Shown here: positions 30,777 to 45,065 of the stretch, in pieces
Layout of the letters: each line of letters opens with the position of its first letter
Position numbering within the stretch: the first letter of the stretch is position 1
Assembly: GCF_009914755.1 (NCBI RefSeq)
Contig: NC_060930.1
DNA: 64,000 bases
Strand: one strand, 5' to 3'
Source of the DNA: the human T2T-CHM13v2.0 reference genome, Homo sapiens
Notes under the pieces: generated by a model
What the model saw: only the letters and a program-made list of their open reading frames with translations
The model's database searches: none
What the model was told of the DNA's origin: nothing
Made by a program: the position numbers and the translations under genes

Positions 30777-30940
30777 TTTTTTTGGTTTATTTTTAGAGAT
30801 AGGGTCTTGTTCTGTCACCCAGGTAGGAGTGCAGTGGCAAGATCATAGCTCACTATAACCTGGAACTCCTGGCCTTAAGGGATCCTCCCTCCTCAGGCTC
30901 CCAAAACACTGGGATTACAGGTGTGAGCCACTATGCCAGC
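30777..30940 (-). mobile_element. Alu monomer (FLAM-like)
   Basis: Single-arm reverse Alu-like sequence. Confidence 0.7.
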
Positions 30941-31202
30941 TACAAAAAAAGTTAAAAAAAAAAAAAACCCCCACTGATACACTGCCTGTATCTGAATTTT
31001 GTCACTATCATTTCTTAGTAGTGTGACTTTGTACATACATAATTTCTCTTTCCCTCAGTTTCCTCATCTCTAAAATAGGTATAATAATTGTACCAACTTC
31101 ATATGCTTATCAGGCTATCATTAGGATTAAATGTGCTCATCCATGTAAAGCCCATGGAAAGGTTTGACATATAAGATGTTCTCCATAAATAGTTACACTG
31201 TC

Positions 31203-31552
<350 letters not shown>

Positions 31553-34500
31553 TAGTTACATCAACATTGTCATTATTATTATGGCCTAACTCACTTACCT
31601 AGAGGACAGAGCCTGAGGCTCTTACTCCCATACTTCCCTCAGCACTCACAGAGCAGACAGTCTGGTCTGAAGGGGGCTGAATACACATTGGAGGAAGGAA
31701 TGACTCTGCCAACCTCTTAGCACTGGTGTCTATGTCACTGAGGGTCACACTCTGCAAATCTGATTTCCTGAGGGGATCACAGGCACCCAAGATGGGTTGC
31801 CTGCCATGCCAGCTTACTGCCCGCTGCCCCTAGACTCCACAGGCCCTAACAAGGGTCCTGAACTGTCTCCTGGCCCTGGGCTCCAACGCTGCTGTCATGG
31901 GTGAATGCGGTTTTGCTCAGCTCCAGCAGAGTGGGCGGAAATAGAGCATTCCAACCTGTGCCATGGAATAAAAGGTGGAAGCCAGCAGCAGAAAAATCTG
32001 TGAGCCACACTTGAAGAAAAGTTGGTCATTGTCAGCAATGTGTGCTCCCAGTTATTATGGAGATTTTTAAAAAACTATTTCTGAAGTTCTGGATTATCAG
32101 TCAAGGAGAACTTGCCACATTACACTGAAACAAGAACACAGCAAGGATTTTCCCAAGGAAATGCTGTGCTCAGTGAATTCTTCAGGCTCTCTCACAAGGC
32201 TTCGCCTTAGGATGAAATTTTGTCAAACTTGTGAAATGAATTGAAGCAAAAATAAGTAATAACGATTTTTCACTGTTTCTCTGAATTTGATATTTTAAGG
32301 GTCACGATATTTAAAGAAATAGATCCACATCAGAGATGAATTTGAATAAGACCTTCCATGTGTCAGTGCTTCCTAGGGTCCCTGTGCCTGCACTGACTGA
32401 GTGGTTCATACCTGTCCTGACTGTGTCCACCAGACCAAGCCCTGAGCAGACTGCAATTCGCAATATGGAGATGCATAGGCCGCAGTTCCTTCCTCCAGGA
32501 GCTTAAAATCCGTGGAGAGGAGCAACTGACTCTGTTTCAGGACACATCACAGAAGTGAAAAAGAAGCATTCATAATATGATCCAGAGGAAGGATCAGTGA
32601 AGTCCAACGAAAGGCATTGGAGAACATTTCACACAAGAGACAGCTTTTGCTGAATTTAGGCCACAGGCACTGGAGAAAGCATCACCAACGGGCTGCATTT
32701 GGGTTGGACTTTGAAGCACTAGTTACTTCTAACAGGTAGCGGGAGGAAGAAGGGCACTTCAGGTTGTGTGATGAGCATAAGTGTAGTGTGGCAAGTAGAT
32801 CATTCCCCCACACTTCTCAGATGTGCACGTTTTTTTTTAAAGGCAGTTTCTTTGATCCATCTCACAAGCCCTTATGTCTGTTAAGATGTCTGTTAAGTGT
32901 GGAAAAGTTGTAATGAACAGCAGCTCCGTGTAGTCCAGGTTTTAAAGTGTTTCAGATTTCCTCCCACCGTAGATGACCTGTGGCACAGAGGCAAAAGGGG
33001 GCCCTTGAATCCTTGCTTGCTGGCTGGTCTCTGCCACTAAGCGCTTCTCTGGACTGGTGTCTGCTGAGGTCCAAAGGATCTCATCTGTCTTTTGGCAAAT
33101 CCATGGTCCTCTGGCCTCCAGCAGGGAAATCCTCTCACGCTAGGGCCTCTGGGTCCAGACCGGAGCCTATGTTGGTCTGCTGTCCATCTCAGCACCCGCG
33201 TCTGCTTACTGCACACTGAGCACTCATGGACTTCAGAAGGCTGTCATGCCCCTCTCTGACCTGGTGGGGGCAGTCACTCAGCTTCAGCTCATCCGTCCAG
33301 CCACCTCCCTCCATCACGACTGCATCACTACTCCTTCCTCATACTCAATGTAGCAGCAAACGCTTGCATACGTGCACACACACTCGCACATATATACACA
33401 CTCTCTCACACACACATGCAACCTCCCATGCTAGGCCCAGCCAGCGAGCCACCAGCCCCCCTCCTCCACCACACCCACAGAGATCTTGGGCTCCCTCACA
33501 TACTGATCTTGCTCTCCAGAAGGAAGCAAGGACACGTGCATTTGACCTCTATGTCTACCCATCTGTCTTCTTCCCCTACAGCTCCCCAGGGGTTGGGCTT
33601 GCCATGTCCTCTTCCTGTTCATTAGGAATTCCTCTTCAGGTATCCAGGCATTCCATCTCACAATTCTGCCTTGATGGCAGAAGTGGTGTTTTATCTTCAC
33701 AGTGAAAAAACCCAATGGACTAAGTTGACATGGCTCTTGCTATGAGAGCCCAGGGTGATTTGGACTAGAGGTTTCTGATGATGAAGACACATTGCTTCAA
33801 TATCCACCATTATCTTTGTCACCATGAAATGACATGAAGATGCGACTGTTTGTGGAGTCGGAAGCAAAATATATAGGAGTAGCATAGGGCATGGAAAAGT
33901 TTGTTGTTTGGGAGAAAGTGTGGCAAGGTAAACTGGGATGGGATCCTGGAAAGGCCTTCTATCCAACAGCAGCCCAAGCCCACCACCAGGCCCACAGAGG
34001 CAGCCCGAAGTGGGGCTTCCCACAAGGTCAACCTGCCCAGCTCAACAGGCTTCAGACCGAAGTGGAGAGTGGCAGCTGTCTGCTCACCAGTCTCCCCCTT
34101 CCAGATCCTCACTTCCCCAGCCCCTCCCAGAGTCCTCCCATTCCCACGATACTGTGCAGCTCCGTGTTCTTGACTTCGGGCAGACACGTGGAACTGGTGA
34201 CTACGGTGCCGACTCCATCCTGTGTGCTGCACACGTGGTCACACTCACTAGCTGAGGACTGACTCCTCAAAGCCCAGAGACTTTCATGATTCAGCTTTCT
34301 AAGGCTCACTTATCTGATAGGTATAAAGTTCTTTCTCAGTGTTTTCATTTTTATTTCTCTAATTACCAATGAGTCTGATCATTTCTATGTTTCTGGTCCA
34401 GGATTTCGTCTTCTGTGAATTGCCCGTTTCTGTTCTTTGCACATTTTTCTATTGGATTTTAATTTTTTTTTTTTTGCTTGTTGTAAGGAGAGTTTGCCAA

Positions 34501-35589
34501 GGATTCTTGTCATCAATAGGTGTTCTTTATCAAGAGTTTTTTCCATATCTATTTAGAGAATCCTATGATTTTCAAAATTAGAGATGTACAAAATTTTAAA
34601 AATGACATATATACATATGACTTGTGATAGCAAAATAGTGGAAACAATTTAAATATCCTTCAATAAGACAGTTGGCAAATAAAGTATGATAGATCCATAC
34701 AGTGGAATAATAAACCGTTAAAAATATGAAGAAGTTGTATATGAGCTGATAGATTCCCAAGATATAGTGCTAAGTAAAAAAAACCAATGTACAGAAGAGT
34801 ATGTATAGTACAATAACAACGAGAGTATATATAGCCATACAAGAGTATGTATAGCACAATCGTCTAGAAAGTGGGGTGGGGAGGATATATATGCATATTT
34901 CATATGCATAAAATAGCTTTGGAAGGACATGAAAAAGATTTTTATAGGCATCTAGAAAAACAGAAGGGATAATTCCCCTGGCTCTGCATGAGCCAAGTAC
35001 ATCCAGGAGGGACAGCGTTTGGAACCAAGAGCTCCCTGTGAATAGCACAGGCTCAGGGAGAAGTGTACGGGGTGGGCACGTTCACGATCACACTATATTA
35101 GAGTCTATTGAAGGGCATGGATTATTGATCTTGTAAAAATTAAAAACTTTCGGAAAACAGTCTTCAACTATTTGAAGGATAGTCATGTGGAAGAGAGACT
35201 TCTTCTGAGTAGCACCATAATTACAGCTCTTAAGGTGGTATACGTAGGAGCCTCAGAGAGACAGATTGGCCCTCAAAATGATGCAAACTCTCCGATGGTC
35301 CCACCACTCCAAAGATGGTTGGGGTTGTTTCAAGAGAGAGGGTCACATGCTGTATGATTTCATTTACATGCAGTTCAAGAGTAAGCAAAACTAGTCCATG
35401 GAGACAGAGGTCAGAAAAATGGTTACCCTTGGGAAGTACCAAGGGTACCTTGGGAGGGGGTGTGAGGGAGCCTTCTGGGAGCTGGAAAGTTCTGTATCTC
35501 GATCTGCATAGTGTTTTCAAGGGTAACTGTTTACATATGTAAAAATTCAAGCTATACACTTAAGACTTGTGCACCTTACATATATATGT

Positions 35590-36102
35590 CGGTAGTAGGC
35601 AGAATAATGCCCCAGAGATTTATACATCCTCACCTCCAGAACCTGGGGATGTGTGTGGTTGGATGGCAAAGGAGAACTAAGAACATGTGCAGATAATTAA
35701 GGTAGCGAATCAGCTGACCTTACAATGGGGAGAGTAGCCTGAAGTACCCAGGTGGGCCCAATGTAATCACAAGAATCCTTAAATGTGGAAGAGAGAGGCA
35801 GAAGAGAAGGTCAGAGTGATGCCATGTTTAAGCAACTTAGCCCGCTGTTGGCTGGCTTTGACCACAAAGAAAGGGAGCCAGGAGCCACAGAATGTGGACG
35901 GCCTCTAGAACCCAGGAAGTGCAAGAGAATGGATGCTGCCTAGAACCTCCAGAAAGGAACATGGCCCTGCTGACGCCTTGCTTCTAACCCAGCGAGACCC
36001 ATTCCGGACTTCTGAACCACAGAACTGTAAGATAATACATCTGTGTTGTGTTGTCTCCGCATTTGTGATAATTTGTTATAAAACTTAGAGGAAAGTAATA
36101 CA
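35590..36102 (+). mobile_element. MLT1 (MLT1D-like) MaLR LTR
   Basis: gtaggcagaataatg start, ccaggtgggcccaatgtaatcacaag, agaactgtaagataata...aataca end. Confidence 0.75.
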
Positions 36103-37454
36103 ATGTTTTACCTCTCAAAAATTTTTTAGTAGAGTGTCTGAGGTGGACTAGGGAGTGTGCTAGAACAGGGCCGGAACAGTTTACCCCTGCATAAACTATA
36201 AAGAATATGTTGATGGACTACCTCAGCGTAACATTCAAAATTCCCTGTGCACAGCCGACTCCCCAGGCACACAGCCCCGTATCCCTCTCCTCTGTGAAAA
36301 CGAGTTTGCCTGTGGGCAGCCTTGCCCTTTTCCACTGACTCTAAGCTTAATTGTGTGGGGAAACATTTCAGACATTCTTCATCCCTGAGGAAGGAGGTGC
36401 CTTCTGCCCTGCCTCTGTGAGGTTGGAAAACATCCAGTCCCCAGCAGCACCTGGGTTTCTCCCCATGGGATAGCCAAGGAGTGGCCAGACTGGGCCCAGC
36501 TACCCTGGCATTGCTGGCGCAAGGGAATTGTTGTTACTGGGGGTTATATGGCTTGACTTTGCATTTGCTGCATGTTCCTTTCCTCAAGGGCTTCTTGCAA
36601 AGTTTGAGTTAATTTGAACTGTTGGCAATGACTCTTTTTCCCTTGGTGGGGGTAATCGAACGTTTCAGTTTAGAAATAGGCCTGATTTTTCTCATGGTGA
36701 GGGCCGGCTCCTAAACAGGTGATGAGCACCACGTGTGAGCATGCGATTGCGGGTGGGGAGTGGGTGAGGCTGCACTCGATCTGTGGCTCCTCCCTCCAGA
36801 GCAGCATCACCATCACCCGGGCACTTAGAGATGCAAATTCTTCGGCCGCCCCTCCCCAGGCCTGATGAATCAGACACTGTAGGGATGTGTTCAGGGGTCT
36901 GGGTTTAAGGTAGCCTGGTGGGTGATGCTGATCCACACTCAAGTTGAGAACCCCTGGATTACCGACCTTGAAGGAGACATTCAGGAGTGAGACTACAACT
37001 TGCCATGTCCTGGTGGCCGCTTCCTTTTTGCTGTCAGACTTCCACCATCCCATCTGGACCAGCTATGGGTATCTCCCACTGGCGCGCCCCCTCCTTCCCC
37101 AATGCCCTTGCTGAGTGGCAAGACTTTTCCTAGGCCTCGGCCTCTTTGACCTCTCTCCATGGGGTGCCCTGCTTGAAACTCCCTCCCTCTGGGGTCTCTG
37201 TGACACAGCTCTCGCCCGACTCCTCCTCTCCCTCCCAAGGGCCTTGGGCCCTTTCTCTTCTCTGCAGATACTCAGCTCCCCGCCCGCACCCCCAACAACA
37301 AACTCTCACCCTAAAGCCAATGACAGTCTTCCTCCTGGGCCTATCTCTGACCCGAATCCTATGGCCTAAATGTTTTTCAATGCCTACAAGAGATCTCCAG
37401 GGAATATCTGGCCAATTTCTTAAATTTGACCTGTCTAAATATTGTATGATCACA

Positions 37455-37850
37455 GTTAGACGTGGAATCTAAAATAGTCAAATTCACAGAAGCAGAGAGT
37501 AGAATAGTGGTTGCCAGGGACTGGAGGATGAAGAAAATGAGGAAATACTGATTAAAGTGTACAAGTTTCAGTTACGCAAGGTGAGTACGTTCTGGTGATC
37601 GAATGTACAGCAATGTGACTATAACTAACAACACTGTATTGAGTAGTTGGGATTTGCTAAGAGGGTAGACCTTAAGCATTCTCATCACAAAAGAAAATGG
37701 TAACTATGTGAGGTGATACATTTATAAGCTTGTTTGTGGTGATTTTATAATACATATGCATATCAAGGCATCAAGTTGTATACCTTAAATATATACAATT
37801 TTTACTTGTTAATTATACCTCAAAGCAGAAAACAAAATGAAAAAAAAAAA
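37455..37850 (+). mobile_element. L1MA-type 3' end fragment
   Basis: gtggaatctaaaatagtc...agagagtagaatagtggttgccaggg...gctaagagggtagaccttaag. Confidence 0.7.
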
Positions 37851-39294
37851 CTATGACAGACCTGTCTAATGGGACCCAGCCCTGCCCCACTGCCCAGCGG
37901 CCCAGTCCTTCAGGAGCATGGTGACCTCGATGGTCACCTCCACACAGATGGAGTCCTTAAGTACCAGGCAAAGGAATGAGACTGCCACGAGGGTGGGTGG
38001 CTGCAGAGGAGGGGCTGTGTGGGACACAGGGCAGGGAGGGAAGTTTAATTTTAATGGAAGGAGCAAGTAGGAGCGTGTCATGGTGTCAGGTTGCGGCTTG
38101 TGTTCCAGAGGGAAGCTGGGGAAGGGTCAGAGGTGTCCCCTCCTTCAAGGGTAGAAGCCCCTGGGAAGAAGCCCGAGGGAGCCCCAGAAGACCAGCTTCT
38201 CTCCAGCTCCTGTACCCCATCCCATTTCTCCTAAAATGTAGCAATGAAGCACTAACCTCACCCAGTGTGGGGAAGACGAGAGGCAGAGCCAGCGAGTCCA
38301 AGAAGCAGCTCAAAAAGGAGGCTGCTGCCCCAAAGTGAGCCAGTGCCCTTGCTCTGAGTCGGCTCCGTGAGCCTTGGTGGGACCAGAGGCGCGGCAACCG
38401 GGGCCCTGCTGACCAGGATCCTGTGACTTGTAGTCCAGGGGTCAAACCTCCTCTAGGGAAGAGGCCACAGAATAAAGCACCAGGAGAGCCAAGGGGGCAC
38501 GAGGGTCTCTGCTCACAATCTGGGCACCCCAAATGCAGCACACTTGGGTGCTAAAGTAGCCAGCAAGGTGAAAGTTGTGTGACAGAACGACCCTAGAAAG
38601 TTCTTCAGAAGGCATCACATTGGAGACAGTCCAGCTGGGGAAGCAACCAGGCAGAAACCTAAGAAGCAGTACAAGTCTTTGCCCTGAGAGAGACCCTCAG
38701 AGCCAGGAGCTGTGTCGAGAAGGCACAGGCCCACTGGCTCCTCAGGAACAGGGCCCGTGTCTTTGTCATGTCTGCGTCTGGAGCCTTTGCAGTGCTGCAT
38801 GCACCCCCACCTCCATCGCCGCCTCGCACACACTGGCTGCGCTGGCCAGGCTGCGCTAAATGCTTCCAGAGGGACATCTGAGTCCATCCTCACAACGGCT
38901 GGCTAAGGTGGGTGCTGATATCACCCCCATTCCACAGGTGAGGACTTGAGGATTAGAAGGTGACTGAGTCCCCAGCTAGAGGGAGGCACAGCCATGAGCT
39001 GATCCCCAGTGGTCTACCTCCAGAGCCCTGTGCTTAGTCACTGCCCTGTGTTATGCAGAACATTCTTAATAAATAAAAATATTGTTTACTGAGCACTTCC
39101 TATATGCCATGTACTGTGCTAGAGACATCACACAGATTACTCACTTAATTCTTAGAACTCCCCTCTGAACAGATGCTATAATTATCCCCACTTTATGAGG
39201 CAATTAAGGAACAGAGAGGCTCAAGAACATGCCTGAGGCCACACAGTGAGAGACAGAGCTGAGGTTTGGACTTCCCAAGGTAGTATTGCCTCAG

Positions 39295-39895
39295 AGTGGT
39301 GGTTTTCAAACATCTCTGCAAATTTTTTAACACTTCTCCTAGCAAGAGATGAGGTTTAGTTCCCCTCCCCTTGAACCTAGGTGAGACTTGGTAATCAATT
39401 CAATGAACAGAATTCAACAGGAATGATGATGGCTGCAAACTTCCATCTGCTGGTTTCTCTTCAGTTGCCATGGAGATCACAGAGAAACCAGAGAGGGGAG
39501 GACCAATGGGGAAAAGCATCTGGGGTGGGGTGGGGGCAGAGACAAAAAAAAGGAGGGCTAGAGGGGATCAGAGAGAGGGGAACCAGAGAGTGGAAAAGGA
39601 GGAAAGGAGGAAACCAGTGAGAGAGAGCAAGGGGGATGATGCCAGGATGCCTGAGGAGCCCCAGCTTTGGGGTCTTCAGCCCAGGCACCAGACACAAGCA
39701 TGAAAACACCTTCGAGTGTTTTCACAAGCATGAAAACACCCATCAGCTGCCACCATCTGACTACAACTGCATGAGAGCCCCAGTGAGAACTGCACAGCTG
39801 AGCCCGGTCAATCCAATTTGTGAGCAAATACATAAATGCCTGTTATTTTAAGTCACTGTCTTAGGGTGGCTTATTATGCAGGAGTAGATAACCAG
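39295..39895 (+). mobile_element. degenerate MLT1-family LTR
   Basis: ttcccctccccttgaacct near the start; actgcatgagagccccagtgagaactgc...tagataaccagaa near the end. Confidence 0.5.
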
Positions 39896-39910
39896 AAACC
39901 CAGTGTCCAT

Positions 39911-40208
39911 GTTTTATTTTGATTTTGATTTTTAGAGACAGCATCTTACTCTGTTGCCCAGGCTGGAATACAGATAGCTCACTCCAAGTCTTGAACTCCT
40001 GGGCTCAAGTGATCCTCCCACTTCAACCTCCCAAGTGGCTAGGACTACAGGTGTGCACCACCAAGCTCAGCTAATTTTAAAAAATTATTTTTTTATAAAG
40101 ACCAGGTCTCACTATGTTGCCCAGGCTGGTTTCAAATTCCGGCCTCAAGAGATCCGCCTCAGTCTCCCAAATTGTTGGGATTGTAGGCGTAAGACACCGT
40201 GCCCAGCT
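39911..40208 (-). mobile_element. AluJ
   Basis: Diverged reverse Alu. Confidence 0.8.
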
Positions 40209-40989
40209 AATGTTTTTAATCACTACACTGTGAACAAACCAATTAATCAATAAGTGACTGAAAGAATGAATCAATGATGTCAAAGGAAAAAAAGGTCATA
40301 TACTGAGTTCAAAACAGCCGAGAGATGCTTCATGTAAGAGGAAAGAGATTAAGCTGGGCTCTAGGCATGGTGAGTCCGTCAGAAGGAGCAAGACCATGCA
40401 GAGGGGTGCTGTGAACAAATGCTCGCAGGCAGAAAGAAGCACAGATGTGCAGGGCCAGAGAGCATGCTAGGAGAGAAGAGGCCTTGCCTGGGAGGAGAGA
40501 GGAAGTAAGCAGAGGAGGCAGTGGGCCAGGCTGCAGAGAGGTATCGAGATCCAGCTGCATTGCATCCTGTAGAACAAGGGAAGCCTTGAAGCTTCAGAGG
40601 GAGCAGTGCTGAGGAAGGGGTGTTTGGAAAGTGAACCTGCCTAAGAGATATGGGAGAGCCAGAGGTGATGCTGGAAGATTAAGGCCATGGTGTTGGGGGA
40701 TGGCAATATTCTCAACTTTATCAATATCACTTCCTAAAGAGAGAATTTAACTTGAATTTGAATTCTGATTTAAATTAAATACTAAGGATAAGATTTTTTC
40801 AGAGAGGGCGCAGCTAGGATTCCTTCACCCTCCAAGATCATGCGGAGAACATGGGTGTAAGGGATGGGGGGCACGCCAGAGCAGGGGAATAAGGGACAGA
40901 TCTGAATTACAGTCTGATGGATGGATTGATATAACTTGATTGATCTGGAAGGGGAAGGGTGAGGAGGAGGGCAAAATCAACAAGGTCTT

Positions 40990-41350
40990 TGTCTTAGTTC
41001 ATTTTGTGTTGCTATAACAGAATACCTGAGGCTGGGTAATTTATAAAGAAAAGAAGTACATTTAGCTCATGATTCTGGTGGCCAGAAAGTCCAAGAGCAT
41101 GGCACTCACATCTGTTTGGCTTCTGGTGAGGGCCTCGTGCCACGTCACAACATAGCAGAGAAGCAGAAGGGGAAGTGGGTGTGTGCAGGGACCAAGGCAC
41201 AACCTTGCTTTATAACAACCTACTCTTATGGGACTCTTTGATTCCTGAGAGAACTGATCCAGTCTCTTGAGAGTGAGAACTCACTCACTACCAAGAGAAC
41301 AAACAGTGCCAAGTAGCGCTCCATGACCCAAACACCTCCCATTAGGCCCA
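40990..41350 (-). mobile_element. MST-family MaLR LTR, truncated
   Basis: tgtcttagttcattttgtgttgctataacagaatacctgaggctgggtaatttataaag. Confidence 0.7.
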
Positions 41351-43529
41351 TCAGCATTTTAGAGACCCTGTCTCTAAAAACAAACTGTAAAATGATATAT
41401 ATCCCTATCCTGCTGTTTTGACAAATACACCTTCCTATCAGCCCAGAATGGCTCAGTCCAGCTTCAGAACTTGCAGACTCCAGGGAGTAGCAGGCTGATG
41501 TGTGCCAGCACAGGCAGACTGGGCCCAGCACATGAGCTGCCTTTCTTCTTTTCCTGCCACAGCAGGTCCCTGCACAGGGAAGAGCCTCTGTGCATGCATG
41601 TGGTCACCCTGCCCACATATTTAAGCCATTCACTCCCCTTGAAACAGCCACCCTCAGCCACCTCTCAGGACCAGGGGCAGGCACAGGCAATGCAGCAGTG
41701 CCCTCAGGGGCTCGCCTGGAAAAGAGGCATGCACAGGCCCTGGAGGCAGGCTCAGGGCTGTGTAGACAGTGATTCTGGGGCCCAGTGCCCAAGTGTGGCC
41801 GGGAAGGGCAGGAGAAGCAGGAGGGCAATCTCCCCTGAGCCTCACAGACTCGACACTCTGAGCCGGGTGTGGGGCCCGAGCAGGGCCCCTCTTGCCTGGG
41901 TCTGAGGTGGCCACTGACAACAGGTCCTTGCCCTCCACCTCCTGCTTGGTTCTGCCAATGAAAGTGCCAGTCGGTATCAGAAGGCAGGAGGTATCGGAAG
42001 GGAGGAGGAGGATGAGGGGAATGGCTTCTCCTGCATCGCTCTTGGCCCAGCTACGGGCTGCATCCTTCTTTTGAAGGCCACAGCTCCCATCGGGCGGCTT
42101 TTTCCAAGAGCTACAGCTCTTTTCCAGGCTCAGGTAACTGCTTCCTCCTCTCACACTCAGGCCTGGCCTGGCAATGGCTCCACATTCTTTGCAGCCTCTG
42201 GGGCTTTGCCACAGCTGCTACTTTCCCTTGACCCTGCCCATGCCTCCGTAAACGCACTTTCACTAGGCTCTCTTCAATGACCCCTTGGAGCATGCCAGCT
42301 GCTTCCTGTTACTATATCCTTTCCTCATTGCTTTTTCTCAGTGCTCTATCTCAGTGAATGGCCTCACCCAGGTCACACACTCAGGAGGTGCCCTAGGTTC
42401 CTCTGATTCTGTGGGATACCAAGACCTGGCTCTCTTCCCTCTGTAGCATCTCTCAGGTCCCTCCATTTCTTTCTGTGGTCTTCAGCCCCTCATCAGCTGT
42501 GGCCTGGAGCATCCCTGAAGGGCCCAGCCCGTGCCCTGCATCCAACCTCAGCCCGTCTAGCCTCCTCCACACAGGCCCACAGTGAGCTTCCTAAAGCCCA
42601 AGACGCATCCTGTTGCTCCTTAGCTTAGGCTGTGCTGCCAAGAGTCTGAACTCAGCAAAGCCCTCCCAGAGCGGCGCTGCCCATTGCTCCAGCCTTCTTT
42701 TGGTATGCCCCAGCTCTGCACTCCCTCCTGTCTACACACGCACACACTAGATATAATCCAGCCACGTGGACCTGCTCCTGCTCCCTGACACTTCGCTGCT
42801 TCCTGCTCCGGGGTATACCCTTCTTCTTGCCTTTTCCTCACCGCTGGTGCTCACACACTGGGTATCCTTCCAGATTCACTGCAGGTGTCACTGCCTGGAT
42901 GCAGGCTTCTGCAATCTCCTCTCGGGGCAGAACTGAGCATTCCCTCCTTTCTCTTACTCCATCAGTAGAGACACCCTACATCACTTCTGTCATACTTGAT
43001 TACACCTAATCATTTATCTGTTTCCCCCCAATAGACCATCAGCTTCTTGAGAACAATATTTCATTTCATGCAAAGTAATTTAATGTAAAAAGAGTTCCAA
43101 TAGTATGAGCTTCCCAGGCAAGGGCGGCTCTTCCCCAGGGCAGCCCTTCCCTTGTGCCCCTGATCAGACCCAGCTGTGCACCCCAACAGCTCTCCAGCCT
43201 TTTCTTCCCAGTGGCCCTCACAATTTGGTATCTCCACATGAGGATTTCATTAAACTGCCCTTCCAACTAGAGCATAAACTCCAAGGACTATGTCTGTCTT
43301 GCTGCCTACTGGGTCGCTAGGGCCAAGGACTGCCCAACACATAGCAGCAGCTCAAAAAATACATATGTGTCTTATGAAAAAAATCATTTTGGTTGGAGAA
43401 CCTGACCTACTTTGTTGTCTCCATTTTTTCCTGGCCATTCTGACAAACTCCTTGGATATATTTCAAAAAATTCCATGATGATACTATATCCCTCCAGTAT
43501 CTCCCATCTATGCAGTTTGAGTTAAAAAC

Positions 43530-43599
43530 CAGCATTGTGCTGGTGGAAGTGTAAAATGGTGCAGCCGCTGTGGAAAACAGCATGGTGGTTTCTCAAAAA

Positions 43600-43651
<52 letters not shown>

Positions 43652-44745
43652 TATATATCGTATCTCTGATATATATATCAGATATATATCGTATCTCTGA
43701 TATATATATCAGATATATATCGTATCTCTGATATATATATCAGATATATATCGTATCTCTGATATATATATCAGATATATATCGTATCTCTGATATATAT
43801 ATCAGATATATATCGTATCTCTGATATATATATCAGATATATATCGTATCTCTGATATATATATCAGATATATATCGTATCTCTGATATATATATCAGAT
43901 ATATATCGTATCTCTGATATATATATCAGATGTATATCGTATCTCTGATATATATCAGATGTATATCGTATATCTGATATATATCAGATGTATATCGTAT
44001 ATCTGATATATATCAGATGTATATCGTATATATCATATATAATCATATATATCGTATATACGATATATCGTATATATCATATAGTATATACGATATATCG
44101 TATATATCATATATTATATATCTATATATCATATATAGAGAGAAATGAGCTATATATATATATATGCTCATCTATTACTATATGATCTAGCAATCCCACT
44201 TCTGGGTATATTTCCAAAAGAATCAAAAGTAGGGCCTTGAACAGATATTTGCACATCCATATTCATAGCAGCACTATTCACAATAGCCAAAAAGAAGAAA
44301 CAACACAAATGTCAATCAACAGATGAATGGATACACAAAATGTGGTATACATATCCAGTGGAATATTCAGCCTTTAAAAAAAGGAAATTCTATCACATAC
44401 TACAACATGTACCTTGAAGACATTATGCTAGATGGAATATGCCAGTCATAAAAGCCACTCAAAAGTAGTATAATTCCTATATGATGTTGTTAGAATAGTC
44501 AATTATGGAGACAGAAAGTTGAATGGTGGTTGCCAGGGGCTGAAGGGGTGACAGAGAAATAGGGAATTCTTGTTTAATGAATATAGAGTTTCTGTTTGGA
44601 GAGATGAAAAAAGTTCTGGAGATGGATGGTGGCGATAGTTGTGTAACAATGTGAATATACTTAATGCCACTGAACTGTACACTCAAAAATGGTCAAAAGG
44701 GTCAATTTTATATTATATATTTCTCCACAATTTTTAAAATGAAAT
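43530..44745 (+). mobile_element. old L1M (L1MB-like) 3' end interrupted by an AT-rich minisatellite
   Basis: gtgtaaaatggtgcagccgctgtggaaaacag ... gatctagcaatcccacttctgggtatat ... gttctggagatggatggtggcgatagttg. Confidence 0.8.
43605..44165. repeat. (TA)21 followed by a 31-bp palindromic minisatellite and degenerate derivatives
   Basis: Unit tcagatatatatcgtatctctgatatatata; its CG recurs at 43659, 43690, 43721 ... 43938, then at 29-bp spacing. Confidence 0.95.
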
Positions 44746-44760
44746 TTAAAAGAAAATCAG

Positions 44761-45065
44761 GGCTGGGCACAGTGGTTCATGTTCATGCCTAGCACTTTGG
44801 GAGGCTAAGGCGGGCAGATCACTTGAACCCAGAAGTTCGAGACCAGCCTGGCAACGTGGCGAAAACCTGTCTCTACACAAAATATAAGAAATTAGCCAGG
44901 CACGTTGGTGCACGCCTATAGCCCCAGCTACTCAGGAGGCTGAAGTGGAAGGATCACCTGAGCCCGGACAGTTGAGGCTGCAGTAAGCTCTGATCCTGCC
45001 ACTGCATTCCAGACTGCGCAACAGAGCGAGACCATGTCTCAGATAAATAAAAGAAATAAAAGAAA
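44761..45065 (+). mobile_element. AluJ
   Basis: Forward Alu; TSD taaaagaaaatcag. Confidence 0.85.

Noticed and set aside
43605-44165. CRISPR-like array
   Set aside because: Head-to-tail identical units without unique spacers, in a mammalian context with no cas genes.
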